A stretch of DNA of 64,000 nucleotides. Source: Octopus sinensis. Its lineage: Eukaryota. The position numbers and the translations under genes were made by a program. The stretch lies in the NCBI RefSeq assembly GCF_006345805.1, contig NC_043021.1, positions 26,536,001 to 26,600,000 on the forward strand. The letters are read 5' to 3'. The notes under the pieces were generated by a model. The model saw nothing but the letters and a program-made list of their open reading frames with translations. It ran no database searches and was not told the origin of the DNA. This document shows positions 37,445 to 51,475 of this stretch, piece by piece. Every line of letters starts with the position of its first letter. The first letter of the stretch is position 1.

Positions 37445-38200
37445 CAAATTTTGGCACAAGGCCAGCAATCTTGGGGTAAGCGGGGGGAAGTTGATTACGT
37501 CGACTCTAGTGCTCGACTGGTACTTATTCTATCAACCCCAAAAGGATGAAAGGCAAAGTCGGGCCTTGATGGAATTTGAACTCAGAACATAAAGACAGAA
37601 GAAATGCCACGAAGCATTTTGTCTGGTCATGCTAATGATTCTGGCAGCTCACCATATTTTGATGATAATAATAATAATAATAATCCTATTTAGGCACAAG
37701 GCCTGAAATTTGGGGGAGGGGGATTATGTTTTCTACTATTATAACTCTGGGCTGACTGATGCCATGTGAGTGAATTTGGTAGATGGAAACTGAAAGAAGC
37801 CTTGAGTGTGTGTCTTTGTATTTGTCCCCCACCACATCATAACTGGTGTTTGTTTGTTCACATTCCTGTAACTTGGTGGTTTGTCAAAATGAAACCAGCA
37901 ATGAGGACCAAGCTCAGAGTAATAAATTGATTTATTCAATGAGTGCCCCAGCATGGCCACAATCCAATGGCTGAAATAAGTTAATGAATTCCTGTTTAAT
38001 ATTTGTACATGTGAAGGCAGCGAGCTGGCAGAAATGTTTTTGTCTGTCTTTACATTCTGAGTTCAAATTCCGCCAAGGTTGACTTCACCTTTCATCTTTT
38101 CGGGGTCGATAAATTAAATACCAGTTGCATACTGGAGTCAACCTAATTGACTGGGCTCCTCCCCAACAATTTCAAGCCTTGTGCCCAGAGTAGAAAAGAA
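37445..38200. mobile_element. Decayed SINEs: family B (-) 37445-37650, family A (+) 37740-37985, family B (+) 38013-38200
   Basis: Motif matches to the family A and B consensus. Confidence 0.7.
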
Positions 38201-40032
38201 TATTTGAACATGTGGTGATATGTAATTGTTTAGTTTTTACAGACACTTCTTCAACAGATGCTACACCACACACACACACACACACACATCTAATTGATTG
38301 GTCAGACTTTGTTGTTGGTAAATAAGATTTAAGTCTTAAATTCTAAGTCAAAACATGTGTTCTCCATTCTGAAGTAGGCAGCAAGGTGTTTATTGGTAGA
38401 CGTAAAAATATTTTTAAAATGGTTAAGAGGATAATCTATTGGATTATTTACTCAAGGCATTGTAAATTTAAATCTCTGCTGTTGGGAGCTTGGTTGTATT
38501 TTTGGAGAAGCTACTTAATTTTGTAAGAGAATTATTTTCCATAATTGCAAGATAGATTCTTCAAGCTGAGCTGACTGGCCGCAGTCCAAGAATTGGGTAA
38601 TATCCATAGCTTCATTTGGTCACCCTTGAGAATCCAGCCAGAAAGTTTAATGATGGTTACTTCTGACAGGAGTCCACGGAAGAGGTACTTGAGGAGTCTA
38701 CTCCACCCCACCCTCCTTCCTCCCCCAGAAATAGTGATCAGCAAAAATGGCTGGCTGGTTGGATGGCTGGATGGACGGATGATGTTTCATTTGCTCATGC
38801 CATGAAGTTAGGATTAAACTTTTATCGAGAATACTTGGTGCTTTGCTTCCAGCCAGAAAATGTTTGCAAACCTTTATTGCAATTAAAAGGAAATTTGATG
38901 GAAACTGAGGTGAAGCCAAAACTTCAGCAGCATGGCACTGCTTAAAAAAAACCTATGTATTTTGCTTTTGTCTTTTTATTCTTATCATTGTTATTGTCCA
39001 GTATAGGCACAGGTATGCAAACGTGGCTCTGTGGTAAGAAGCTTGCTTCCTATCCATATGGTTTTGTGTTCAATCCCACTGTTTGACATACTGGGGCAAG
39101 TGTTTTCTATTATAACCCTGGACTGACCAAAGTGTTGGAAGTGTAACTGGTAGATAGAGACCGAAAGAAGCTTCTTGTATATGTGTGTGTGTTTGTGTTT
39201 TCCTTATCTTGGCATCATATGATAGTTGTAAATGAGTGTCACTGTCATATAAGCAGTGTCATTCATTTATAATATTCTGCAGTGTTATGTCTGGCCATGG
39301 AGAAATGTTTCCTTGTTTGGAAACGGGTGAGAGTTGTCTGCAAGAAGGGCATACAACTGTAGAAAAATTTCCTCATTAAACTCTATTTGACCTTTGAGGG
39401 CAAAGAAAACTGGATGTCACAATGAGGATAATGATGATGATGATGATGTTACTGTTTGAGCCAGTTTGCAGCAATCACATTACAGAACCCTTCTCCGCTG
39501 CCTCTTCCTCCTTTTTCTTCCTCTTGTTGCTGTGGTGTTCTCCGCTTCTTCCTTCTCAACATCAATATGCCATTCCCACTTGTCCTTATGTCCTAATCTA
39601 TTAGGATCTGGAAAAGTTACGGGGTCTGTCCCTTTACCTCTTCTTCAGACTAAAGTATTCAAACAACAACTTCCACTAACGAGGATTCAACAATTATTTA
39701 ATTGCTGTGTTTGGCTTTATCATGTTTTATTGGAGAATGTTTTGAAAATAAACTCGAGAATCTGTGCTTCTCTCAAAGTGGGTGGTAACTCACCCCTGTG
39801 GGGTGGGGGAGAAAGTAGAACATGTTATGATGGGTACCGGAGACAACAGATGCCTCTGTACAGCTTCTTCAGTCTCATATTTAAATATTGACTTAAAAAA
39901 TAACTTAGATGTAATACTATGATATAATGCTTGTTAGCTACATTCACAAGAAGAAGAAGAAGAAGATGAATAGGCTCTGAAATGTGAGAAAGTAAATAAA
40001 CAAAACCAAATATATATATATATATATATATA

Positions 40033-40380
40033 TGCAGGCATGGCTGTGTGGTAAGAGATTTGCTTCCCAGCCACATGGTTTCAGGTTCAGTTCCACTGAA
40101 TGTCTTTTGAGTGGATTTGGTGCATGGAAACTGAAAGAAGCCCATCATATGTCTGTGTGTTTGTGTCTGTGTTTCTCTCCTGCCATCGCTTGACAACCAG
40201 TGTTGGTGTGTTTCTGTCCCTGTAACTTAGCAGTTAGGCAGAAGAGATCAATAGAATAAGTACCAGATATACAAAAATGTAAGTATTGGGTGGGGGTGGT
40301 GGTTAATTCATTTAACTAAAATTCTTTGGGGCACTGTCCCAGCATGGCCACAGTCTAATGACTGAAACAAGTAAAAGAAA
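40033..40380 (+). mobile_element. SINE family A with an internal deletion in module 1
   Basis: GCAGGCATGGCTGTGTGGTAAGAG...GAAACTGAAAGAAGCCC...CCAGCATGGCCACAGTCTAATGACTGAAACAAGTAAAAG. Confidence 0.8.
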
Positions 40381-40439
40381 TATATACATATACATATACA
40401 TACATATATATATATATACACACACACATATACATATAC

Positions 40440-40628
40440 TGGTGGCACGTAAAAATCACCCACTACACTCACGGAGTGGTTGGCGTTAGGAAGGGCATCC
40501 AGCTGTAGAAACATTGCCAGATCAGACTGGGCCTAGTGCAGCCTTCTGGCTTCCCAGACCCCAGTTGAACTGTCCAACCCATGCTAGCATGGAAAGCGGA
40601 CGCTAAATGATGATGATGATGATGATGA

Positions 40629-40635
<7 letters not shown>
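40440..40635 (+). mobile_element. Family D RTE 3'UTR-type copy with (GAT)n tail
   Basis: GGTGGCACGTAAAAATCACCCACTACACTCACGGAGTGGTTGGCGTTAGGAAGGGCATCC... Further copies lie at ~42955, 44315-44440 (-), 44780-44940, 56770-56960 (-), 58150-58290 and 61700-61895 (-). Confidence 0.85.
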
Positions 40636-40663
<28 letters not shown>

Positions 40664-40802
40664 GATGATGGTGATATATAATCTTGGAAATGGATGTGTA
40701 GCATTCAATTAAGTTCGAAATGAGGAGTAGATAGACACCCAACAACTGATGACGGGTCCTTCCTCTGTGCTTACTTGTCCTGTTTTCCATTTTTTCTCAA
40801 TG

Positions 40803-40879
<77 letters not shown>

Positions 40880-40884
40880 TATAT

Positions 40885-41262
40885 ATTCATTCATTCAGTT
40901 CTCATTGTGCCTTCTGGCAAGATCATTCCACCTTCAAACACTGAGAGCGTACTTGACAGCTTGCTCCATTGTTAAAACCTCTGCTTTTAAGATCTTCTAT
41001 TATTTTGCTATGCCACATTTCCTTTGGCCATGTCTTTTACCTTGTGGAACCCATTGCAAAGGGATCCTGACAACTGAGTTTGGTTCGTAGCGACAATCTC
41101 GACCCAGCCATTTCCATCTCCTTGTTTCAATAGTTTCTCTTATTGGTTTCACGGTAGCCTTGCTGTGCAGTTGGCTATTTGAGATCATGTTCGGTCTGTA
41201 GACCTTCCAAGTTTTTTGTAAACATTTATTTTGAAACCCCCTCCAATTTCTTTTCAAGCTAC
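40885..41262 (-). mobile_element. RTE LINE 3' fragment of another family, with (TGAA)n tail
   Basis: GFQNKCLQKTWKVYRPNMISNSQLHSKATVKPIRETIETRRWKWLG...PNSVVRIPLQWVPQGKR matches the RTE ORF2 C-terminal pattern (RRWKWIGH...W.PQGKR.RGRP). Confidence 0.85.
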
Positions 41263-41317
41263 AGAAAAGATAACAAGAAATAATGAAATACATACATACA
41301 TACGTACATAGTACCGC

Positions 41318-42830
41318 TTGTGGTACCAGTGCCGGTGGCACACAAGAATCCATCCGAACGTGGCCGTAGTCAGTACCGCATCACTGGCCATCCGATCGTG
41401 GCCGTTCGCCAGCCTCATCTAGCACCTGTGTCGGTGGCACATAAAAACACCATCCGAAGACCCGGCAAGACTAGTCAGGCCATAACCCATGGCCCCTACC
41501 TGGGACGTAGTCAGTCCACCTGTGCATACCTTCCTTCTTGTGACACTTGTGAAGACCTGTTGAGGCAAGTGAAAATCAAATCAAAACAAATCAAAATAGA
41601 TGAACATCAATGGAATCTGTATCTTTGTGGTACCAGTGCCGGTGGCACACACTTTGTGGTACCAGTGCCGGTGGCACACACTTTGTGGTACCAGTGCCGG
41701 TGGCACACAAGAGAACCATCCGAACGTGGCCGTAGCCAGTTCCGCATCGACCGGCCTCCGTGCTGGGGCACGTAACAAACACCATCGATCATGGCCGTTC
41801 GCCAGCCTCATCTGGCACCTGTGTCGGTGGCACATAAAAACACCTTCCGAAGACCCGGCAAGATAGTCAGTCCACCTGTGCATACCTTCCTTCCTTCTTG
41901 TGACACTTGTGAAGACCGGTTGAGGCAAGTGAAAATCAAATCAAATCAAATCAAAATAGACAAAATAGATGAAATCAATGGAATTTGTATCTTGTGGTAC
42001 CAGTGCCTGTGGCACACAAGAAATCCATCAGTGCCGTAGTCAGTGCGGTGGGCACATGACAAACACCATCCGATCGTGGCCGTTCGCCAGCCTCATCTAG
42101 CACCTGTGTCGGTGGCACATAAAAACACCATCCGAAGACCCGGCAAGACTAGTCAGGCCATAACCCATGGCCCCTACCTGGGACGTAGTCAGTCCACCTG
42201 TGCATACCTTCCTCTTGTGACACTTGTGAAGACCTGTTGAGGCAAGTGAAAATCAATCAAATCAAAACAAATCAAAATAGATGAACATCAATGGAATTTG
42301 TATCTTTGTGGTACCAGTGCCGGTGGCACGTGGCACATAAGAAAACCATCCGAACGTGGCCGTAGCCAGTACCGCATCGACTGGCTCCGTGCTGTGGGCA
42401 CGTAACAAGCACCATCCGATCGTGGCCGTTTGCCAGCCTCATCTGGCACCTGTGTCGGTGGCACATAAAAACACCATCCGAGCGTGGCCGTCTGCCAGCC
42501 TCGTCTGGCACCTGTGTCGGTGGCACATAAAAACACCATCCGAGCGTGGCGTCTGCAGCCTCGTCTGGCACCTGTGTCGGTGGCACATAAAAAAACACCA
42601 TCCGAGCGTGGCCGTTTGTCAGCCTCGTCTGGCACCTGTGTCGGTGGCACATAAATCACCCACTACACTCTCGGAGTGGTTGGCGTTAGGAAGGGCATCC
42701 AGCTGTAGAAACACTGCCAGATCTGACTGACTGGTGCAGCTTTCGGGCTCCCCAGACCCCAGTTGAACCGTCCAACCCATGCTAGCATGGAAAGCGGACG
42801 TTAAATGATGATGATGATGATGATGATGAT
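41318..42830 (+). repeat. Hierarchical tandem array (~310-bp monomers, 29-bp and ~62-bp sub-repeats) ending in a family D RTE 3'UTR and (GAT)n tail
   Basis: Monomer starts TTGTGGTACCAGTGCC at 41318, 41625 (repeated at 41654 and 41683), 41992 and 42306. TGGCACCTGTGTCGG units at 42444, 42506, 42566 and 42630. Confidence 0.9.
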
Positions 42831-43427
42831 ATATATATATATATATATATTCTCTTTGTTGTCTACACCACCTGTTGTCTTTTGTTTTTTTGTGAATTCT
42901 CCCCCCTATATATATATATACATACATACACATACTCTCACACACACACACACACATCCCATGCTAGCATTGAAAACGGACGTTAAATGATGATGATGAT
43001 GATGATATATATACCACCTATGCTTATTGTATTCACTTTTAGTTGGGTGGTACTGTGGTAAGTAGTCATTCACATTAAAGTGGCACCCTTAACTAAATTA
43101 CTTGGCCTGATATTATATATGTATGTCTATGGGAAGCGATGGTGGTGGTAGTGGGGGCATCGAATCATAATAAGGGGTCAATGAGAAAGTGTTAGTAAAA
43201 GGAGGGAAGGGGTTCAAAAGTTTGAAAACCATTGCAACCTGAAGAATATGCATCACCATGTTGGAATAGATTTTAGCATGGCAACAATTGGCTGCACATG
43301 TCTTTACAAACTGCTTGGCCATTTGACCTGCTAGAAATAGCAACTAGATTACTAAATTATACCCTACTGTTGTAAAACTGCATGATGGACAATGTAACCT
43401 TAACTGTTAATAAAAATATGCTAACAA

Positions 43428-43586
43428 AATAATGAAATTATTGTATACAGTGCTCAGGTGCACCACAACTGTCAGAAAGTGCGTATAAAGTATATTCCAG
43501 ACCTTCTACATTACTGCATATACTGTATACGCACTTTCTGACAAGTTGTGGTGCACCTGAGCACTGTATACAATAATTTCATTATT
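43428..43586. mobile_element. Palindromic MITE (60/61-bp arms, 38-bp spacer)
   Basis: AATAATGAAATTATTGTATACAGTGCTCAGGTGCACCACAAC(T)TGTCAGAAAGTGCGTATA is inverted with a single indel. Confidence 0.85.
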
Positions 43587-45269
43587 GTTATTATTATAAA
43601 AGTTAGCATATTTCTGTTGAAGTGCTTTTATTTCAGTTAATTTTGAAAGTAATGAAGAAATTAATAAGATAACGACTTCAATATGAATCTGGTGTTTGAA
43701 AGGTAAATTAGCAGGAAAATTTGATGGAAGGTTTTCATTTAGATCGCTCTAAAACCAGAAGTTGATATTAGAGAAGCAGGGAGAGTCTCAGATGCCAGGT
43801 TGGTTAAATGCAGTAACAGTTAAATAAATTACATGGAAAACAACAACAGTAACAAGCTTTTTATTTTCCACTTCAGGTTTCATTCTTGTTAAATATATTT
43901 TCAAAGTTTACATAAAAATAATTTTATCTTACGGTTCAAGAACTGTTAAGGAATTCTTAGTCTTGGAGTATTTTTTGAGTAATACCTGATTATTTTAGTT
44001 TGTGTGTGTGTATCTGTCTGTTTAAATAAATAAAATAAGCAAAAAAAGAGCTGTATTATTCAAAACTTTGTAGGATATACACGTGTTTCAGTAAAAGTCC
44101 AAAATAATTACATAACAATAGTAGAAACATGCAATCAGGCATTTCACCTCATCAGTTTCCTGCAATATATATTACAATCAATGTCAGTGCTCCAAGTATA
44201 TACACTTTTCCCCATTATACAAATAATCAACAACCTTGCTTAAGGTCACATAAAATAGCAAGCTGTTCTATCCTTTTTTTTGTTATATGTATATCTATAT
44301 CATCATCATCATCATCATCATCATTTAATGTTTATTTTCCAATCTGACATTGGTTGGCTTGTTTGACGATCTGGCAAGCCAGAGGACTGTTGTCTGTTTT
44401 GACAAGGCTCCTACAGCTGGATGCCCTTCCTGATGCCAACCAGGAACACACACACACAAAAGTTAAGTGAAGTCTCTCTTAAGTTTAATTAATAACTTGA
44501 CCAAAGAGGCAACATCATTCCAGTCCTTGTATTTGTCAATCTTCAAATTTGAATATATATGTAGAGACAACATTTTGTGAAAAATTCAGATAAATGACTG
44601 ATTGCTTCTCTTCTATGTTTTCATTATGTAATATTCTCAATGTTTTTGCGCTATTCCCCAGTCACATTCTGGATAGGACCTGAAGAAAAAGAGTCTTATT
44701 ATTAGTATTATCAAAATCATTATTTCTGCCCAGGGGAAAATATTTCTTTGTTTTGAAACAACTGGTAATTGGCACCAAGAAAGACCTTTGGATGTAGAAA
44801 ATCTGCCTCAACAAACTCTGTCCAAGCAATGCAAGCTTGGAAAAGGGAACATAACAGAGCCTGGTGCAATTCCCTGACTTGTCAGCTTGTCCAACCCATG
44901 CCAGCATGGAAAATGGATGTTAAATGATGATGATGATGATTGTTTCTTTTATTCAGAATCCCTCTAAAGTTAATTGATTTGATTAAGTTGGCTTTGATTT
45001 CCCATCAGTCTCAGCTTTGCCATGACTCTTCAGAAATCATTGAAAGTTTGATGAATCAAAAATGGTGATTCCTGTTTTTCACATGGTCCCATTAATGCTG
45101 CTACATCAAGAATTGGATATCCCAATGGTCTCTTTAGCTTTGCACCACAAAACAAAAACCAAGAATATTCTTTATTGTGAGGCTTTGAATTGAATAAAAT
45201 GACTAAAAAAATTTTACTGCATTTCTTATTTTATTGAAGTGACAGAAGTCTTATAGCTTGGAATGTAGT

Positions 45270-45432
45270 CGCAGGCATGGTCGGGTGGTATGAAGCTTGC
45301 TTTCCAACCACATAATTTTGGGTTCAGTCCCACTGCATGGCACCTTGGTCAAGTTTCTTCTTCTACTATAGCCTCAGGCTGACCAAAGCTTTGTGAATGG
45401 ATTTAGTAGACAGAAACTAAAAGAAGCCCATT
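45270..45432 (+). mobile_element. SINE family A module 1
   Basis: GCAGGCATGG...GGGTTCAGTCCCACTGCATGGCACCTTGG...GAAACTAAAAGAAGCCCATTG. Confidence 0.8.
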
Positions 45433-45459
45433 GTATATATACATTATATATATATATAT

Positions 45460-45696
45460 AACGGGAAGCTTTATGAAAATAGACAAAAGACGAAGGCAGG
45501 TGGAAAACAAACAAACAATTGTATTAGTATGGCGCTCAGGAAATATAAATAAAACAAGTCTTTAACGTTTCGAGCCTACGCTCTTCAACAGAAAGATACA
45601 CAGAGAGAAAAAAAACACAGAGCGCCATACTAATACAATTGTTTGTTTGTTTTCCACCTGCCTTCGTCTTTTGTCTATTTTCATAAAGCTTCCCGT

Positions 45697-45697
<1 letters not shown>
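45460..45697. mobile_element. Perfect 78-bp inverted repeat around an 82-bp spacer with a hammerhead-like motif (Penelope-type derivative)
   Basis: 45460-45537 is the exact reverse complement of 45620-45697. The unit sits in (TA)n. Confidence 0.8.
45559..45596 (-). ncRNA. Hammerhead-like motif with non-canonical core (CUGUUGA)
   Basis: TCTTT-CTGTTGA-A-GAGC(GTAG)GCTC-GAAAC-GTT-AAAGA: perfect 5-bp stem I and 4-bp stem II, palindromic ACGT at stem III. Core position 6 is U instead of A. Confidence 0.5.
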
Positions 45698-45743
<46 letters not shown>

Positions 45744-46088
45744 CACACAAATATATATATATATATATAGATATATAGATATATATATATATATAATATA
45801 TATATATATACATAGTGAGCTATATATATATATATATAGATATATATAATATATATATTATATATTATATATACTATATATATAGATATATATATATATC
45901 TTATATATATATACATATATATATATATATAATATATAGATATATATATATAGATAGATATAATATATATATATTATATTAGATATATAGATAGTATATA
46001 TATATATACATATATATATATTATATATATACCTATATATATTATATATATATATATATACAATATTATATATTATAGATATATATAC

Positions 46089-46130
<42 letters not shown>

Positions 46131-46182
46131 TATAGGATATATATACATATATATATAGATATAGATATATAGATATATATAT

Positions 46183-46216
<34 letters not shown>

Positions 46217-46246
46217 TATATATATATATATATATATATTATATAG

Positions 46247-46324
<78 letters not shown>

Positions 46325-46325
46325 G

Positions 46326-46356
<31 letters not shown>

Positions 46357-46698
46357 CATAATATATATAATATATATATAGATATAGATATATATAGACA
46401 TATATATATACATATATATATACATATATATATATAATATAGATATATAGATATATACATATATAATATATATAGATATATATATAGATATATACATATA
46501 TATATATATTACATATATATTATATTAATATACATATATACAGATATATATATACATATAATATATATATATATACATATAATATATACATATACATTAT
46601 ATATATATATAATATAGATATATATAATATATACATATATACATATATATATATACATAGATATATATACATAGATATAATAGACATATATATATATA

Positions 46699-46729
<31 letters not shown>

Positions 46730-47057
46730 AATAGACATATAATATATATACATATATATATAATATATATATATATACATATTAGTATAATAATATATAT
46801 AATATACATTATATATACATATATATAATATATATATATAATATATAAGATACAATATATATATATATTATATATATATATATATTAAAATAGATATATA
46901 TACATATTATATATATATAGATATATATATATATTATAATATATATACATATATATATATACATATATATAACCATATATATTAGATATATATATATATA
47001 TACATATATATACATAGATATACATAATACATATATTATACATATATATATACATAT

Positions 47058-47089
<32 letters not shown>

Positions 47090-48077
47090 CCTATATATAT
47101 ATATAATATATATATACATTATATATATATACATATATATATATACATATATATATACAATTCTAATACATAATAGATATACATATATATATATTACATA
47201 TATAATACATATATATATATATATATTATATATAATATAATATACATAGATATATATATAGATTATATATATACATTACATATATATATACATAATATAT
47301 ACATATATATATATATACATATATATACATATATTATATAACATATATATACATATATATATATATATATTATATACATATAATATACTACATTATATAT
47401 ATAACATAACAATATATATACATATATATATAGATACATATATATATTACATATATATATATCATATACATAATATATACATATTATATATATATACATA
47501 TTATATAGACATATATATATATACATATATATATACATATATTATTATACATATATATAAATATATAGATAATACATATATATACATTATTATATATAGC
47601 ATATATATACATTATATATATATACATATATATACATATATATAATATATACATATATATACATATATATATATATATAATATATATATACATATATATA
47701 TATATATTACATATATATACATATATATATATATATACATATATATACATAATATATATTACAGATATTACTACATATATATATATACATAGATATACAT
47801 ATATATATATTACATATATATATACATATATATATATAGATACATATATACATATATTATATATATATACATATATATATATATAGATATCTATACATAT
47901 ATATAATATATATATATATATACTATAATACATATATATATATATATACATATATATACATATATATATATGATATATATATATAACATATATTATATAT
48001 ATATATATATATAATATATATCATATATATATATATATACTATATATATATATATATTATATATATATAATATATAT

Positions 48078-48144
<67 letters not shown>

Positions 48145-48165
48145 TATATAATATATATATATTAT

Positions 48166-48218
<53 letters not shown>

Positions 48219-48281
48219 TATATTATATATATAAGATACATTATATATATATATATATATATACATATATTATATATATAC

Positions 48282-48319
<38 letters not shown>

Positions 48320-48420
48320 AACATATATAATTCATAATAATAATAATAGATTAATATACATATTATATATTATATATACATATATATATACATAATATAT
48401 ATATATACATATATATATAC

Positions 48421-48457
<37 letters not shown>

Positions 48458-48745
48458 CATATATACATATATATATAATTACATATACATATATATATAT
48501 ATACATATAATATATACATATATATATATCCATAATATATCTATACATATATATATATAACATATACTATTACATATATATATATCATATATATATAACA
48601 TTATATATATACTATATATATTATACATATATATATTATACATATATATATATATATTATATATACATATATAATAATATATATTATATATATATATATA
48701 TACATATATATTACATATATATATATATACTATACATATATATAC

Positions 48746-48831
<86 letters not shown>

Positions 48832-48845
48832 ACATATATATATAC

Positions 48846-48876
<31 letters not shown>

Positions 48877-49110
48877 CATATATATAACTATATATATATA
48901 TACATATATATACATATATATATATACATATATATACATATACATATAATACATATATATATATACATATAGATATATATACCTTATATATTATACATAT
49001 ATATATACATAACATATATATATACTATATATATACATTATTATTATACATATATATATACATAATATATATACATATATATATATCATATATATACATA
49101 TTATATATAC

Positions 49111-49146
<36 letters not shown>

Positions 49147-50263
49147 CATATATATATACATATATATATATATCCTATATTTACATACATATATATATAC
49201 ATATATATATACATATATATATATATCAATATATATATACAATATATATAATATATACATATATATATACATATATATAGATCCATATATATATACATAT
49301 ATATATAATATACAATATATATCTATATATAATATATACATATATACTATATATACATATATATATACATATATATATATATACATATATATAATACATA
49401 TATATATATATATACATATATATATACATATAATATATATATACTATATATATACATATATATATATACATATATATATACATATATATATAATTACTAA
49501 TATACATATATATATACATATACATATATATACAATATAATATATACATATATTCATATATATATATAATACATATATATACATATATATATATATATAC
49601 ATATAATACATATATATATAATACATATATATCATATATATCTAATATATATACATCTATATACATATATAATATATTACATATATATCCATATATATAT
49701 AATATACATATATATACAGATATATATATGTATAACATATATATACATATATATATATGTATACATATATATCCATATATAATAGTATCATATATACTAT
49801 ATATATATGTATACATATATATACATTATATTATATATACATATTATATATATATATATATATACATATATATACATATATATATATATATACATATATA
49901 TACATATATATAATATATACATATATATATATATATATATCTGTTATACATATATTATACATATATATATATATAATCATATTATACATATATATATATA
50001 TATTATACATATATATATACATATATATATATGTATACATATATATACATATATATATATATGTATCATATATGGTATACATATTACATATATATATATA
50101 TATATACATATATACATATATAATATATGTATGTACATATACATGTATATATGTATATATATATATACATTATATATATGTATGTACATATATACTGTAT
50201 ATATATGTATATATATATATACATGTATATATATGTATGTACATATATACATGTATATATATG

Positions 50264-50298
<35 letters not shown>

Positions 50299-50730
50299 GT
50301 ACATATATATAGTAATATATGTATGTATATAACATGTATATATGTATATATATATATATGTATATATATGTATGTACATATATACATGTATATATATGTA
50401 TGTACATATATACATGTATATATATGTATGTACATATATACATGTATATATGTATGTACATATATACATGTATATATGTATATATATATATATGTATATA
50501 TGTATGTACATATATACATGTATATATATGTATATATATATATATATGTATATATATGTATGTACATATATACATGTATATATATGTATATATATATATA
50601 TATATGTATGTACTATATACATGTATATATATTATATATATATACATGTATATATATGTATATATATATATACATGTATATATATGTATATATATATATA
50701 TATATATGTATATAATATACATATATATGT
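45698..50730. repeat. ~5 kb degenerate (TA)n tract with TACA then TATG variants
   Basis: Almost only TA dinucleotides. C/A interruptions dominate to ~50100, then G/T interruptions with a recurring TATGTATGTACATATATACATG unit. Confidence 0.95.
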
Positions 50731-50759
50731 ACGAACCTATGTGTGTGTGTGTGTGTATG

Positions 50760-50975
50760 CCTTTGTGTCTGTGTTTGTCCCTCGCCATTGCTTGGCAACT
50801 GATATTGGTGTGTTTACGTCCCTGTAACTTAGCGGTTCAGCAAAAGAGACCGATAGAATAAATTCTAGGCTTACAAAGAATAAGTCCTGGGATTGATTTC
50901 TTCGACTAAAACCCTTTAAGGCAGTGCTCCAGCGTGGCCGCAGTCAAATGACTGAAACAAGTAAAAGAATAAAAG
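50760..50975 (+). mobile_element. SINE family A module 2
   Basis: GTGTCTGTGTTTGTCCC...GTTTACGTCCCTGTAACTTAGCGGTTC...GCCGCAGTCAAATGACTGAAACAAGTAAAAG. Confidence 0.85.
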
Positions 50976-51434
50976 AAAAGAATTATTGCATACTGTGTCT
51001 TTGATACGATATTCGCTACCCTGGGTACATTTGGTCATATAAAATGTGTGTGTGTGTGTGTGTGATATCTTGTATGTGTGCATACACACACACACACACA
51101 TACCATTAAGACACCTGTTAGTACTGTGGAGCATATTAGCAAACAATTCAATTATCTTGAGTAAAAAATCAATGACATATAAACATCTATATAATATATT
51201 TCATATACACTCATATATATATATTTCATATACACTCATATATATATATTTCATATACACTCATATATATATATTTCATATACACTCATACACACACTTA
51301 ATGCTACCTACACACATAGATACCCATAAAGCATTTACATATATTTTATGTATACATATTTTTCAATATATATGTACATACATATATATGTATTTGAAGA
51401 TATGTGAACAGCTGTTACATACATACATACATAC

Positions 51435-51475
<41 letters not shown>

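Noticed and set aside
39605-39784. Candidate plus-strand exon (good acceptor, GTAACT donor, 60 open codons SGKVTGSVPLPLLQTKVFKQQ...)
   Set aside because: No recognisable homology, and open stretches of this length between plausible splice sites are expected by chance in 64 kb. Needs RNA-seq.
41555-41585. CTGTTGA-GGCAAGT-GAAA in the 310-bp monomer as a retrozyme hammerhead
   Set aside because: No stable stem II, no stem III pair and no stem I complement.
41318-42655. CRISPR-like appearance of regularly spaced TGGCAC-containing repeats
   Set aside because: The intervening sequences are themselves repeated (no unique spacers), the context is eukaryotic, and there are no cas genes.
45698-50861. 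Many long ORFs (up to 302 aa) on both strands
   Set aside because: Pure I/Y/C/V/H/T translations of (TA)n, (CA)n and (TG)n. The same applies to ORFs at 2949-3920, 7266-7797 and 59785-60581.
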